Source of the DNA: an uncultured Clostridia bacterium
Lineage (GTDB): Bacteria > Bacillota > Clostridia > TANB77 > CAG-508
Direction of reading: 5' to 3'
Assembly: GCA_934130025.1 (NCBI GenBank)
Contig: CAKOXG010000001.1
Span: 154-64,153 of the forward strand
DNA length: 64,000 nt
Part shown: piece after piece, positions 50,258 to 61,447 of the stretch
Numbering within the stretch: the stretch's first letter is position 1
How the letters are laid out: every line of letters begins with the position of its first letter
Notes under the pieces: generated by a model
Told to the model about the DNA's origin: nothing
Database searches by the model: none
Seen by the model: only the letters and a program-made list of their open reading frames with translations
Position numbers and translations under genes: made by a program

Positions 50258-50923
50258 ATGAAGAAGATATTGTTTGTAATTGCAATGGAAAAAGAAGCAA
50301 AAGACATTGCAAAAGAACTGGGGCTAGAAGAAAAGAATACTGGAAATGGTAAAGTATTTGAAAAAAACAATATAAGCTTATTAATAAGTGGAATTGGAAA
50401 ACAGCAAACTGCAATAAACTTGACTAAGTATATTGAAAACAATAGAGAAAATCTTCCTGATATTATTATTAATGTGGGATATGTTGGCTCTACAAAATCA
50501 CAAATAGGAAGCTGGGTAAGTGTAAATAAATCATACAATTATGAATGGTTTATTCCAGGGGAACAAAAATATGAAATAGAAGGATATAACAAAAACTTAA
50601 TAAAAACGATAAATGAAAATGAAGAACAACAAATAATAAATAACGTACAAGAAATGAGAATGAACGGGAATAGTAAGAAAATTAAAGTACTCCCTTGTTA
50701 TAGTGCAGAAAGCTTTGTTACTCTAACCAACATAACTGATGATGTAGTATTTGACATGGAACTTCATTCAATCTATATGGTTTGTTGTATGTATGGAATT
50801 GAGCTTATTTCACTAAAAAAGGTAAGCGATAATTTAAGCCTTGATGATTATTACAAAAATATTGATATGAAAGAAGTAATGGAATTAACAAGTTCATTGA
50901 AACTTTTAGGAATGATTAACTAA
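50258..50923 (+). CDS. PNP/UDP-1 family nucleosidase (MTA/SAH nucleosidase-like)
   Basis: ISGIGKQQTAIN resembles the SGIGKVNAA motif of MtnN/Pfs. 221 aa. Confidence 0.5.
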   Translation: MKKILFVIAMEKEAKDIAKELGLEEKNTGNGKVFEKNNISLLISGIGKQQTAINLTKYIENNRENLPDIIINVGYVGSTKSQIGSWVSVNKSYNYEWFIPGEQKYEIEGYNKNLIKTINENEEQQIINNVQEMRMNGNSKKIKVLPCYSAESFVTLTNITDDVVFDMELHSIYMVCCMYGIELISLKKVSDNLSLDDYYKNIDMKEVMELTSSLKLLGMIN

Positions 50924-51072
50924 TTATTGAATCCAAAAATTACGAAAAAAATCTTGTAATTAAGATGAATCTAGTATAAGATAATAAAGTAAAAATTAAA
51001 AACCAAGAAATGTTTATACAAATAAAAAAGAAGGGAGAGTATGGTAAAGGCTTAATCCATACAAAAAATAGA

Positions 51073-54000
51073 ATGTATTTAAAAAGATTAGAACTACAAG
51101 GTTTCAAGTCTTTTGCAGATAAGACAGTATTAGAATTTAAACCAGGAATTACAGCTGTTATTGGACCAAATGGATCTGGTAAAAGTAATATTTCTGATAG
51201 TATTAGATGGGTTCTTGGGGAGCAAAGCATGAAGTCTTTAAGAGGTGCAAAATCTGAAGATATAATATTTGCAGGAACTCAAAATAGGAAATCTTTAGGA
51301 TTTGCCGAAGCATCTATAATATTTGATAATTCAGATGGGAAACTTCCAATCGAGTATAATGAGGTTACTGTTACAAGAAAGATATATAGAAGTGGAGAAA
51401 CTGGCTACTTCATTAATAAAGTTCCTTGCAGATTGAAAGATATATTAGAATTATTTATGGACACTGGAATTGGAAAAGATGGATATTCTATAATTGGACA
51501 GGGAAAAATTGATGAAATATTAAGTAATAAGTCTGAGGATAGAAGACATATATTTGAAGAGGCTGCCGGAATTGTAAAATATAGAGTAAGAAAGGCTGAG
51601 TCTGAAAAAAAGTTAGAACAAACGAAATTGAACTTGCTTAGAATAAATGATATTTTATCTGAAATAGAAGGACAACTAGATCCTTTAAAAATTCAATCTG
51701 AAAAGGCAAGAAAATTTCTTGACCTAAGAGAAGAACTAAAGAATATAGAGGTTGGACTATTTGTTTACAATATAAATTCATATAAAGAAAAGCTTTCTCA
51801 AATTTCAGAGGATTTTAAAATATTAACAGACCAGGAAGATGATGAAAATAAAAAACTTGAAGAGAGTCAAACTGAAAAAGATTCTTTAAAGACTAGAATT
51901 GATGAACTGATTGCTGAAATAGAAGAAGTTCAAAATTTGGGATTTGAAAGTAAAACTAGAATTGAACAAATAAATTCGCAGATAAGCATTTCAAATGAAA
52001 GAATTTTAAATAATAATTCAAACTCTGAAAGATTAACAAAAGAGATTGAAGAGCAGAAACAAAGAATAGCAGATTTCAATGAAGAGAAAGATGTAAAATT
52101 GAATAAAAAAGAAAATTTATCTAAAAATAGAGAAAAATTTGAAACAGAACTTAAGCAAAAAGAACAAGAATTAGATGAAATAACAAAGAAGCTTTCAAAA
52201 AAAGAGTTGGAAATTGAGGAAGAAAAGAAAAAGGTAGAAGAAAATTCTAATCAAAGATATGAAAGACTTTCTCAAATTAGTACATTAGATGCAAACTTTG
52301 AAAATTTAGAAAAAACGAAAAAGAGTGTTAAGGAAGAACTTGCTTCTACAATTTCTGAATTAGATGCAGCTAGAATAAAAAAACAAGAAATATCTAAAAC
52401 TTTCACTGAAGCAGATAATACAAGAAATAAGGCATTAAAAACTTTAAATGGAATCAGAGAACAAAAAGAAAATTCAATGATTGCAATAAAGGAATATGAT
52501 GACCAAATCAATAAATTAACTCAAGACTATAGAATGAAAGATTCAAGATGTAAGTTCTTAATAGAAACAGAAAAAGACAAGGATGGATATGTAAAGAGTG
52601 TTAAATCTTTATTACTTGCTTGTGAAAATGATAAGAACTTAAACTCTGGTGTTGAGGGAGTTCTTGCAGGTTTAATTTCTGTTGACAAGCAATATGAAAC
52701 TGCTATTGAAATGTGTCTTGGACAAAGCATGCAAAACATAGTAACAAATACAGAAAATGATGCTAAAAAACTTATTGAATATCTTAGAAAAAATAACCTT
52801 GGAAGAGCAAGCTTTTTGCCAATCGCATCAGTACATGGAAAGAAGATTGAAAAAATTAATAAATCAGGAATCAATGGAGTAATTGGAATTGCATCAGATT
52901 TAGTAAAAGTAAACAAAAAATATGAAGAAATTATATCTAATTTGTTAGGAAGAACTGTGATTGTAGAAAATATGGAATCTGCAATAGCACTTGCAAAAGC
53001 AAATAATTATTCTTTTAGAATAGTAACCCTTGAGGGTGATTTGATAAATCCATCAGGGGCAATAAGTGGTGGTTCTATAGCTCAAAGAACAGTTAATATA
53101 TTGGGTAGAGGAAGAGAAATAGAAGAACTTAAGAAGAATCTTGAGAAATTAAACAAAAAAATTGAAAAAATTACTAAAGAAAAAGAAGAATATTCAGAGA
53201 AAGTTGCAGATATAATAGAAGAGTCAGCAAGGCTTGAAAAAAACCTTCAAGAAATAGAAATTGATTTTGCAACTAAAAAGCAAGAAGTAGAAATGTATAA
53301 TTCTCAAATAAGTAGACTGGAAGAGAAAACAGCCAAACTAAAAGAAAAATTGGAACAAATAGAGAAAGAAAAGCAAGAAATAATATCAGCAAAAGAAGAA
53401 ACTACCAAGGTAATAGCAAATATTGATAAAGAAAATGCTGAGCTTAACGAGAAGATTTCCACTTTTGCAAAAGACAATCAAGAAGATCAAACATACATAG
53501 ACAATTTAAATACTGATATAACAGACCTTAAAATATCTGTTTCATCATTTGACGAAAGTGGTACTTCTATTGATGAGATGATTGCAAGGATTGAACAAGA
53601 TATAGAAAATGCAAACAAGAGCATTGAAAACAAAGTTGCAGAAATAGAAAAACTAAAGATTGAGAATGAAAGGATGAATGAAGACATTCTAAATTATGGA
53701 AAAGAGATAGACAAAATTAAGGAAGAGGTTTCTAACGGCTCAGAAAAAATAGAAAGTTTGAAACAGGAAAAGGTTGAAAAAAATAATAAACTTGAAAAAC
53801 TTGAAGAGAAAATTACATCTCAATATGAGGTTTTAAATGGTCTTAAAGAGCAAATTGTTAAAATTGAAGGTAAGAAACAGAAACAAGAGCAAGATTTGGA
53901 TGATTTAATAAACAGACTATGGCAAGAATATGAACTTACTCCAAACAATGCAGATGGATACAAGAAACCTGACAATGTAGCACTTGCTCAAAAACAGACA

Positions 54001-54630
54001 ACCCAGCTTAGAAAAGAGATTGCAGACTTAGGAAGTATAAATATTGATGCAATAGAAGACTATAAAAAAATGCAAGAAAGATATACATTTATGAGTGAAC
54101 AAAGATTTGACTTGGAAGATTCAATAGCAAAACTTAGAAATGTAATTTCTGAAATGACAGATACTATGCAAAAACAATTTGCAGAAAAATTCAAACAAAT
54201 AAACAAGAACTTTAATGAAGTGTTTGTTGAATTATTTGGAGGTGGTAAGGCAGAACTTATATTAGAAGATGAAGGAAATCTTTTGGAATGTGGAATAGAC
54301 ATTAGGGTACAACCACCAGGAAAGAAATTACAAAATATGATGCTTCTATCAGGAGGAGAGAAAGCTCTTACTGCAATCGCAATTTTATTTGCAATACTTA
54401 AAATAAATCCAGCACCTTTCTGTATACTAGATGAAATTGAAGCAGCACTTGATGATGTAAATGTAGGAAGATATGCACTATATTTAAAGAAATTTAGTAA
54501 TAGTACACAATTCTTAGTTATAACACATAGAAAAGGCACAATGGAAATAGCAGATACAGTTTATGGTGTAACAATGGAAGAGAAGGGAATAAGTAAACTT
54601 TTATCAATGAAGTTATCAAACGGAAAGTAA
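51073..54630 (+). CDS. smc: chromosome segregation protein SMC
   Basis: N-terminal Walker A GPNGSGKSN after MYLKRLELQGFKSF, long coiled coils, a hinge, and the C-terminal signature LSGGEKALTAIAILFA plus a Walker B. Confidence 0.9.
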   Translation: MYLKRLELQGFKSFADKTVLEFKPGITAVIGPNGSGKSNISDSIRWVLGEQSMKSLRGAKSEDIIFAGTQNRKSLGFAEASIIFDNSDGKLPIEYNEVTVTRKIYRSGETGYFINKVPCRLKDILELFMDTGIGKDGYSIIGQGKIDEILSNKSEDRRHIFEEAAGIVKYRVRKAESEKKLEQTKLNLLRINDILSEIEGQLDPLKIQSEKARKFLDLREELKNIEVGLFVYNINSYKEKLSQISEDFKILTDQEDDENKKLEESQTEKDSLKTRIDELIAEIEEVQNLGFESKTRIEQINSQISISNERILNNNSNSERLTKEIEEQKQRIADFNEEKDVKLNKKENLSKNREKFETELKQKEQELDEITKKLSKKELEIEEEKKKVEENSNQRYERLSQISTLDANFENLEKTKKSVKEELASTISELDAARIKKQEISKTFTEADNTRNKALKTLNGIREQKENSMIAIKEYDDQINKLTQDYRMKDSRCKFLIETEKDKDGYVKSVKSLLLACENDKNLNSGVEGVLAGLISVDKQYETAIEMCLGQSMQNIVTNTENDAKKLIEYLRKNNLGRASFLPIASVHGKKIEKINKSGINGVIGIASDLVKVNKKYEEIISNLLGRTVIVENMESAIALAKANNYSFRIVTLEGDLINPSGAISGGSIAQRTVNILGRGREIEELKKNLEKLNKKIEKITKEKEEYSEKVADIIEESARLEKNLQEIEIDFATKKQEVEMYNSQISRLEEKTAKLKEKLEQIEKEKQEIISAKEETTKVIANIDKENAELNEKISTFAKDNQEDQTYIDNLNTDITDLKISVSSFDESGTSIDEMIARIEQDIENANKSIENKVAEIEKLKIENERMNEDILNYGKEIDKIKEEVSNGSEKIESLKQEKVEKNNKLEKLEEKITSQYEVLNGLKEQIVKIEGKKQKQEQDLDDLINRLWQEYELTPNNADGYKKPDNVALAQKQTTQLRKEIADLGSINIDAIEDYKKMQERYTFMSEQRFDLEDSIAKLRNVISEMTDTMQKQFAEKFKQINKNFNEVFVELFGGGKAELILEDEGNLLECGIDIRVQPPGKKLQNMMLLSGGEKALTAIAILFAILKINPAPFCILDEIEAALDDVNVGRYALYLKKFSNSTQFLVITHRKGTMEIADTVYGVTMEEKGISKLLSMKLSNGK

Positions 54631-54778
54631 AATAAAAACGAAGCTTAGAATATGAGACAGATTAATGTCAAATTATTTAGGGCTTCTTTTTTATATTTAA
54701 TTAAATAATTAAAAACTCTACGAATAAATTCTGGACAAGAAGAATACATTTATAAAAATGGACAAGGAGGAATTTATT

Positions 54779-57458
54779 ATGTGGCATACGAAAGAGTTAA
54801 ACCAGATTTTTACTGAATTAAGAACTAATGCAAAGGCTCGGGTTGACTGAAGAAGAAGCCGCAAAAAGGCTAGAAAGATATGGAAAAAATTGCTTAGAGG
54901 AAAAAAAGCAGGATTCTTTATTTATAAAATTTATAAAACAATTTAATGATTTCATGATTATTACTCTAATTATTGCAGCAATAATTTCGGCAATAGTTTC
55001 TAAAATGAATGGTGAATCTGATTATATTGATTCAATAATAATAATTGCAATAGTAATATTTAATGCAGTAATGGGGCTTATTCAGGAACAAAAAGCAGAA
55101 AAATCATTGGAAGCATTAAAAAAGATGTCTGCACCAACTGCAAAAGTAAAAAGAAGTGGAAAAATTGTGGAAATTGCAACAGAGGATGTGGTGCCAGGAG
55201 ATATAGTAATTTTGGAGGCAGGAAATTTTGTGCCAGCAGATTGTAGATTAATAAATACATACAATCTAAAGATTGAAGAATCAAGCTTAACAGGGGAAAA
55301 TATACCAGAAGAAAAAGATGCAGATAAGGTATTAAAAAAAGATACAAACATAGGAGATATGTGTAACATGGCCTTTTCAACTACTATAGTTGTTAATGGG
55401 CATGGTGAAGCAGTTGTAACCGATATAGGAATGAACACTAAAGTTGGAAAAATAGCAGGGATGATAATTGAAGATGAATCACCTGAGACGCCAATACAAA
55501 AAAAGCTTGGCGAAGTCGGAAAAATTCTTGCAATAGTGTGTATTATAATTTGTGTTTTAATATTTGTAATTGGGGTATTTAAGAAAATTCCAATAGTAGA
55601 AATGTTTATGACATCTGTTGGATTAGCTGTCGCTGCAATTCCTGAAGGTTTACCTGCTATTGTGACTATAATGTTATCAATAGGTGTAACAAAAATGGCA
55701 AAGAAAAACAGTATAATCAGAAAGCTTCCAGCAGTAGAAACACTAGGTAGTAGCACAGTTATTTGTTCAGACAAAACAGGAACACTTACCCAAAACAAAA
55801 TGACAGTTGTTGAGACAAGAGGAATATGCGGGCTTGCTCAAAGGGACGAAAAAAAATTTATTTTAGAACTTGGAACAATGTGCACAGATACAAATGAGCA
55901 ATATATTAACTCCGTTTCAGATAAAAATGGAACGAGGAAAAAGTTGGAGGCCGTGGGAGAACCAACAGAAGCAGCAATAACCAATTGTGCAATTGAAAAT
56001 AATATAAGAAAATCTAAATTATATGAGCAAATGCCAAGAATAAACGAAATTCCATTTGATTCTACAAGAAAAATTATGACAACAGTTCATAAAATAGGAG
56101 AAAAGTACAGAATTATAACAAAGGGAGCTCCAGATGTATTAATAAAAAAATGCAATAGATGTTATAATTCAGGGGATGTAATTCCAATCTATAGTAAAGA
56201 GGAAAGAATAAAATATCAAAACAATGAAATGAGTGAAAAAGCACTAAGAGTAATAGCAGTAGCATTTAAAGATGTGGAGCAGTTGCCTAAAAATATAAAT
56301 TCAGAGATGATAGAAAATAATCTCATTTTTGTAGGATTAATAGGCATGATAGATCCACCAAGAAATGGGGTAAAAGAGGCTGTAAGAACATGCAGGAGAG
56401 CAGGAATAAAAACAGTAATGATAACAGGAGACCATTTGCAAACTGCAAAAGCAATAGCCAAGGATTTGGGGATACTAAGAAAAGGTGATTTTGCAATTTC
56501 TGGAGATGACTTTGAAAAAATAACAGACAAGGAACTTGAAAGAAATATTATGAAATATTCGGTATTTGCAAGAGTTTCACCAGAACATAAAGTAAGAATT
56601 GTAAAAGCATTTAGAAATGCTGGGCAAGTTGTTGCAATGACTGGAGACGGAGTAAATGATGCTCCTGCATTAAAAAATGCAGATATAGGCATTGCAATGG
56701 GAAAAGGTGGCACAGATGTAGCAAAAAATGCAGCTGATATGATTCTAACAGACGATAATTTTGTAACAATTGTAGAAGCGGTAAAACAGGGAAGAAATAT
56801 TTACGATAACATAAAAAAAGCAGTACATTTCCTTATTGCAACAAACATTGGAGAAATAGCAACAATATTTGTAGGATTACTAATGGGAATAAAATCACCA
56901 TTGCTTGCAATACAACTTTTATGGATAAACCTTGTAACAGATTCACTTCCTGCTATAGCTTTGGGGCTTGAAAAGGAAGAGGAAGACATCATGAACAGGC
57001 TTCCTAGAAGCCCTAAAAAAAGCCTATTTGCAGATGGGCTATGGTGGAAAATTATAATAGAAGGTGCTATGCTTGGAATGTTCACATTACTTGCATTTAG
57101 CATAGGAAATAAAATGTATGGCATTAAAGTAGGAAGAACGATGGCATTTGTATCACTTGGAATGCTAGAACTTGTGCACAGCTTTAATGTAAAAACAGAC
57201 AAAAGCATATTAAAAACAGGATTGTTAGAAAACAAATATCTTGTAGGGGCCTTTTTACTAGGAACAGTGCTTCAAGTAATTGTAGTAATAATAAAGCCAT
57301 TAGCAGAAATATTTGATGTAGTCCCATTAAATGCAGTTCAGTGGCTATACACTATAATAATATCAATATCTCCACTTGTAATAATGGAAATTCAAAAAGC
57401 AACAAATGAAAGAAAAGAAGCAAGAGTAGTAAAAACAGCAGAAAACTATTGTGAATAA
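54779..57458 (+). pseudogene. P-type Ca2+-transporting ATPase (PMCA/YloB-type), frame broken by a 1-nt insertion at 54839
   Basis: ATG 54779 (RBS AGGAGG) encodes MWHTKELNQIFTELRTNAKA, then stops. The ORF from 54828 continues (G)LTEEEAAKRLERYG.. with DKTGTLT, TGD and GDGVNDAPAL motifs. Removing the C in GCT-C-GGG-TTG gives 892 aa. Confidence 0.8.
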
Positions 57459-57507
57459 TAGCAACCAAAATTCACCAATGTATAAAAAATTTGCATTTGA
57501 ATAAAAT

Positions 57508-58524
57508 ATGTGGTATAATAGATTTTGTCGCAGTAAAAAGGAGAGTGAAATTATTTTATACCATATATTAAAAAACTGCACTAAAGAGATTATAAAATTA
57601 CTTATAGCAGCTTTAATAGCCTTCTTAACAATTATTATAATAGTATTTATAAAATACAACCCAGTATATGCTGTGAAATTAGATGGCGAAGTTATAGGTT
57701 ATGTAAAAAGCAAAGAAGTAATGGAAAAAATAATAAACGAGCAAGTTTTAACCTCAGAAAACCCATGTGCCGTTTTCACTGAGTTAAATGTAACTCCTAC
57801 CTATGAATTAGAACTTGTAGCAGAAGAAGCAAACGACGAAGAGAAAATAGTAGAAAAATTGGCAGAAAATACTACAACACTTTACAAGTATTATGCCATT
57901 ACTGTAAATGATGAAAGCCAAACATATGTAAATACTCTTGAAGAAGCTGAAAGTATAGTTCAAGAAATGAGTAATGAATACTCAGAAGATGTTGCAAAAG
58001 TAGCAATTTTAGAGCAATATACCAAAAATGAGGAAGATATAGGTACAGTTGAACTTTCTATTGCAAAAACAAGTATTGATACAAATTTAAGAGAAATAAA
58101 AAGTGAGCAAGAAAGAATAGCAGCAGCCACATGTAATGGAGTGTATTTTAGCACATTGCCTGTAACTGGAAATATCACTTCCAGATATGGAGTTGTAGAA
58201 TCAAGCATTAGAAATCATGCACACGGAGGGTTAGATATAGCAGCACCACTCGGAACAAACATAAAAGCGGCTGCACCAGGAAAAGTTTCATATTCTGGAT
58301 GGATGAGTGGATATGGTTACTTAATTATAATAGATCATGAAAATGGAGTTAAAACATATTATGGGCACTGTAGCAAACTTTATGCTTCAGTTGGTGATGA
58401 AGTTGAAGCAGGAACAATAATTGCAGCAGTTGGCTCTACAGGAAACTCAACAGGTAACCACCTACACTTTGAAATAAGAATAAATGGAACATCTGTAAAC
58501 CCACAAAAGTATATATATAAATAA
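57508..58524 (+). CDS. membrane-anchored M23 (LytM) family metallopeptidase
   Basis: N-terminal TM segment. The C-terminal LytM domain has intact HxxxD (HGGLDIAAP) and HxH (NHLHFE) zinc ligands. Confidence 0.75.
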   Translation: MWYNRFCRSKKESEIILYHILKNCTKEIIKLLIAALIAFLTIIIIVFIKYNPVYAVKLDGEVIGYVKSKEVMEKIINEQVLTSENPCAVFTELNVTPTYELELVAEEANDEEKIVEKLAENTTTLYKYYAITVNDESQTYVNTLEEAESIVQEMSNEYSEDVAKVAILEQYTKNEEDIGTVELSIAKTSIDTNLREIKSEQERIAAATCNGVYFSTLPVTGNITSRYGVVESSIRNHAHGGLDIAAPLGTNIKAAAPGKVSYSGWMSGYGYLIIIDHENGVKTYYGHCSKLYASVGDEVEAGTIIAAVGSTGNSTGNHLHFEIRINGTSVNPQKYIYK

Positions 58525-58684
58525 AAAATAATAAGATAACACCAATAATGAATAATTTATCAAAAAGTTCATTAAGGTGTTATTTTTAAATTGAACAATT
58601 ACAAATTTTTCACAAATTCTTCACAAACATATTGTAATATATAACTGTAATAGGATAAAATAATACTGAAAGGAAGTTATTTAT

Positions 58685-59938
58685 ATGGAAGAAAACAATG
58701 AGAAGATACCAGAAAAGATAATAGATAAATCTGGAAAAGAATTTAAAACAGTAAAGCCAAATGAAAAAAAGGAAAATAAAACATCATATGGTTTTGCAAA
58801 GAACATTGCTGTGCCCTTTTTAAGCGGTGTGTTAGGAGCAGGAATTGTTTTAGGAACATGCCTAGGTGTTCCAGGAATAAGAGAAAACCTTGTAGGTTCA
58901 AACAACAAATCATCGGTAACTGCAAGTACTAATAATACAGGTACTACACAAACTATAAATACAACACAAATATCATTAGAAAAATATTCCGAAACAGGAA
59001 TGGCAGTTGCTGCAAAGGTACAACCATCAATAGTTGGAATAAAAGTGGAATATACAGTAAATTCTATATTTATGAATAAACAAGGAACGGCAGAAGCTGA
59101 AGGTTCGGGAATAATAATAAGTGAAGATGGATACATTTTAACCAACAATCATGTTATTAATTCAGGTTCAACATCATCTTATTACGAGATTGGAACTGCA
59201 AGTAAAGTAAGCGTATACCTTTATAACGACGAAACAGAGTATGAAGCAAAAGTTATAGGAACAGATGAACAAACAGATTTAGCAGTAATAAAAATAGAAA
59301 AAACAGGCCTTACTGCGGCTGAGATAGGAGATTCGGATAATGTTAATGTAGGAGAATTTGCAATGGCTATTGGAAATCCTCTTGGAATGCAGAGTTCTGT
59401 TACAGGAGGAATTATAAGTGCTGTAAACAGAGAAGTAACAGATTCAGACGGAAAAAAATATAAATTGATTCAAACAGATGCGGCTATAAACTCTGGAAAT
59501 AGTGGTGGAGCATTAGTAAATAGTAAAGGCCAGGTAATAGGTGTAAATACTCTTAAAGTTTCTGCTACAGGTGTTGAAGGAATGGGCTTTGCAATTCCAA
59601 TAAATTCTGCAAAATCAGTATATGAGCAATTAATTCAGTATAAAAAAGTAAAAAGACCATATATAGGATTAACAGGAAGAGATTTAAATGAAGAAACAGC
59701 AAAAAGAAACAATTTAGTAGAAGGAATTTATGTTGTTTCTGTTGATGAATATTCTGCTGCTGAAAAAGCAGGTGTAAAGTCTGGAGACGTTATTGTAAAA
59801 GCAGATGGCAAAGACATAAAAACTATGGATGAGCTAACTGAAATAAAAAATACTCATTCCATAGGTGATGAAATGACAATAACAGTAAACAGAAATGGAA
59901 AAACAAAAGATTTGACCCTAACTTTACAAGAACAATAA
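58685..59938 (+). CDS. htrA: HtrA/DegP-family serine protease with PDZ domain
   Basis: TM anchor, trypsin-like catalytic triad (..NNHVI.., D, GNSGGALVN) and a C-terminal PDZ. Confidence 0.85.
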   Translation: MEENNEKIPEKIIDKSGKEFKTVKPNEKKENKTSYGFAKNIAVPFLSGVLGAGIVLGTCLGVPGIRENLVGSNNKSSVTASTNNTGTTQTINTTQISLEKYSETGMAVAAKVQPSIVGIKVEYTVNSIFMNKQGTAEAEGSGIIISEDGYILTNNHVINSGSTSSYYEIGTASKVSVYLYNDETEYEAKVIGTDEQTDLAVIKIEKTGLTAAEIGDSDNVNVGEFAMAIGNPLGMQSSVTGGIISAVNREVTDSDGKKYKLIQTDAAINSGNSGGALVNSKGQVIGVNTLKVSATGVEGMGFAIPINSAKSVYEQLIQYKKVKRPYIGLTGRDLNEETAKRNNLVEGIYVVSVDEYSAAEKAGVKSGDVIVKADGKDIKTMDELTEIKNTHSIGDEMTITVNRNGKTKDLTLTLQEQ

Positions 59939-60071
59939 TAAAAATACTAATTAGTTACACTAAGTTCACACAAAAGACAAACTCCATTGATATTCTATAA
60001 ACATAGTTGGTAAGCAATATTACTAAAACTTACTAACTAAAAAACAAAAACATCCCCTTTTATTTTCGGAT

Positions 60072-60105
60072 CGATTGCCAAGAGAAAATGGCAATCGGTT
60101 TTTTT
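60072..60105 (+). terminator. rho-independent terminator after htrA
   Basis: Perfect 9-bp stem CGATTGCCA/TGGCAATCG with loop AGAGAAAA, followed by GTTTTTTT. Confidence 0.6.
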
Positions 60106-60244
60106 ACTATAATAGAATATTTTTAGAATAATTTCTTGTAGAATGAGCTATTACAAGTTATTCATATTTATGGAAATAAATACTTGAATTATTTTATATA
60201 AAAATATATAATCAAAATTGCAACGTATTTAAAGAAAGGAAAAT

Positions 60245-60763
60245 ATGATGAAAAATAATACAGGTGTCGGAATAATAAAAATAGTAATACTAATGATAAT
60301 AATTGCAATAATCGCATTTTGTGGAGTATACCTTGTAAGAATGAAATACAATGAAACAAAATTGCAAACATTAAAAACAGATATGCTACAGGTTCAATGG
60401 AAAATAAAAAGCTATGTGGATAATCAAACTGTAAAAAAAGAAGAAAATAAATATTTAGGGGTTAAGGTAAGTGAAGCAAAAGATGATGCACTTATAAACG
60501 AATTTTTAAAGAATAATGTATTGCAAGAAAATGAATATGATAAGTTTTATATTCTTAAAGACGAAGAACTGCAAAAGGCCGGATTGAAAATTACAAATTA
60601 TGAAGGAAGCTATTTTTTAGTTAACTATGATAACTATGAAATAATAATTACAAAAGGATTCCAGTATAATAAAGATGAAATGCTTTATAAACTTTCTGAA
60701 GTAGAAAAAAAGACGGAAAGTGGAGAAGAAAATCAGAACGAAAAAATGAGTGATGAAAAGTAA
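60245..60763 (+). CDS. hypothetical membrane-anchored protein (172 aa)
   Basis: N-terminal TM helix (IIKIVILMIIIAIIAF). RBS AAAGGA. Confidence 0.4.
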   Translation: MMKNNTGVGIIKIVILMIIIAIIAFCGVYLVRMKYNETKLQTLKTDMLQVQWKIKSYVDNQTVKKEENKYLGVKVSEAKDDALINEFLKNNVLQENEYDKFYILKDEELQKAGLKITNYEGSYFLVNYDNYEIIITKGFQYNKDEMLYKLSEVEKKTESGEENQNEKMSDEK

Positions 60764-60790
60764 TTCTCAGAGTAGAAAAGGTGATAAAAG

Positions 60791-61432
60791 ATGAAAGAAA
60801 AAGAAGAACAAAGATTGAACATGTTAAAGGCTGAAGAGGAAAAATTATATAATGAAAAAAATATAAAATACATATGTGGAATTGATGAAGCAGGAAGAGG
60901 ACCATTAGCAGGACCTGTTGTTGTAGGGGCAGTTGTAATGCCAAGAGATTCTAAAATAGAATGGGTAAATGACTCAAAAAAAGTTACTGAAAAAAGAAGA
61001 GAAATATTATATGATAAGATTACAGAAGAGGCTTTGGCATGGGGAGTAGGAATTGTCTCAGAAAAAGAAATTGACCAAATAAACATCTTAAATGCAACAA
61101 AAATGGGGCTACATCTAGCTTTGGGAGAGGTGATAGAAAAATTAGGAGAAAAACCGGATATAGTAATAGTAGATGCTCTAAAAGACATAGATACATTTCA
61201 AATTCCATACCAATCTATTATAAAAGGAGATGCAACAAGGTATTCAATTGCATGCGCATCAATAATTGCAAAAGTCACAAGGGATAGAATAATGAGACAA
61301 TGGGATGAAATATACCCAGTATATAATTTTGAAAAAAACAAAGGATATGGAACTTCAGAGCACATAAATGCACTTAAAGATTATGGCCCATGCCAAATAC
61401 ATAGAAGATCATTTATAAAACATTTTGTATAA
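60791..61432 (+). CDS. rnhB: ribonuclease HII
   Basis: YICGIDEAGRGPLAGPVV is the canonical RNase HII active-site N-terminus. Confidence 0.9.
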   Translation: MKEKEEQRLNMLKAEEEKLYNEKNIKYICGIDEAGRGPLAGPVVVGAVVMPRDSKIEWVNDSKKVTEKRREILYDKITEEALAWGVGIVSEKEIDQINILNATKMGLHLALGEVIEKLGEKPDIVIVDALKDIDTFQIPYQSIIKGDATRYSIACASIIAKVTRDRIMRQWDEIYPVYNFEKNKGYGTSEHINALKDYGPCQIHRRSFIKHFV

Positions 61433-61447
61433 GATAGAGGAATAGAT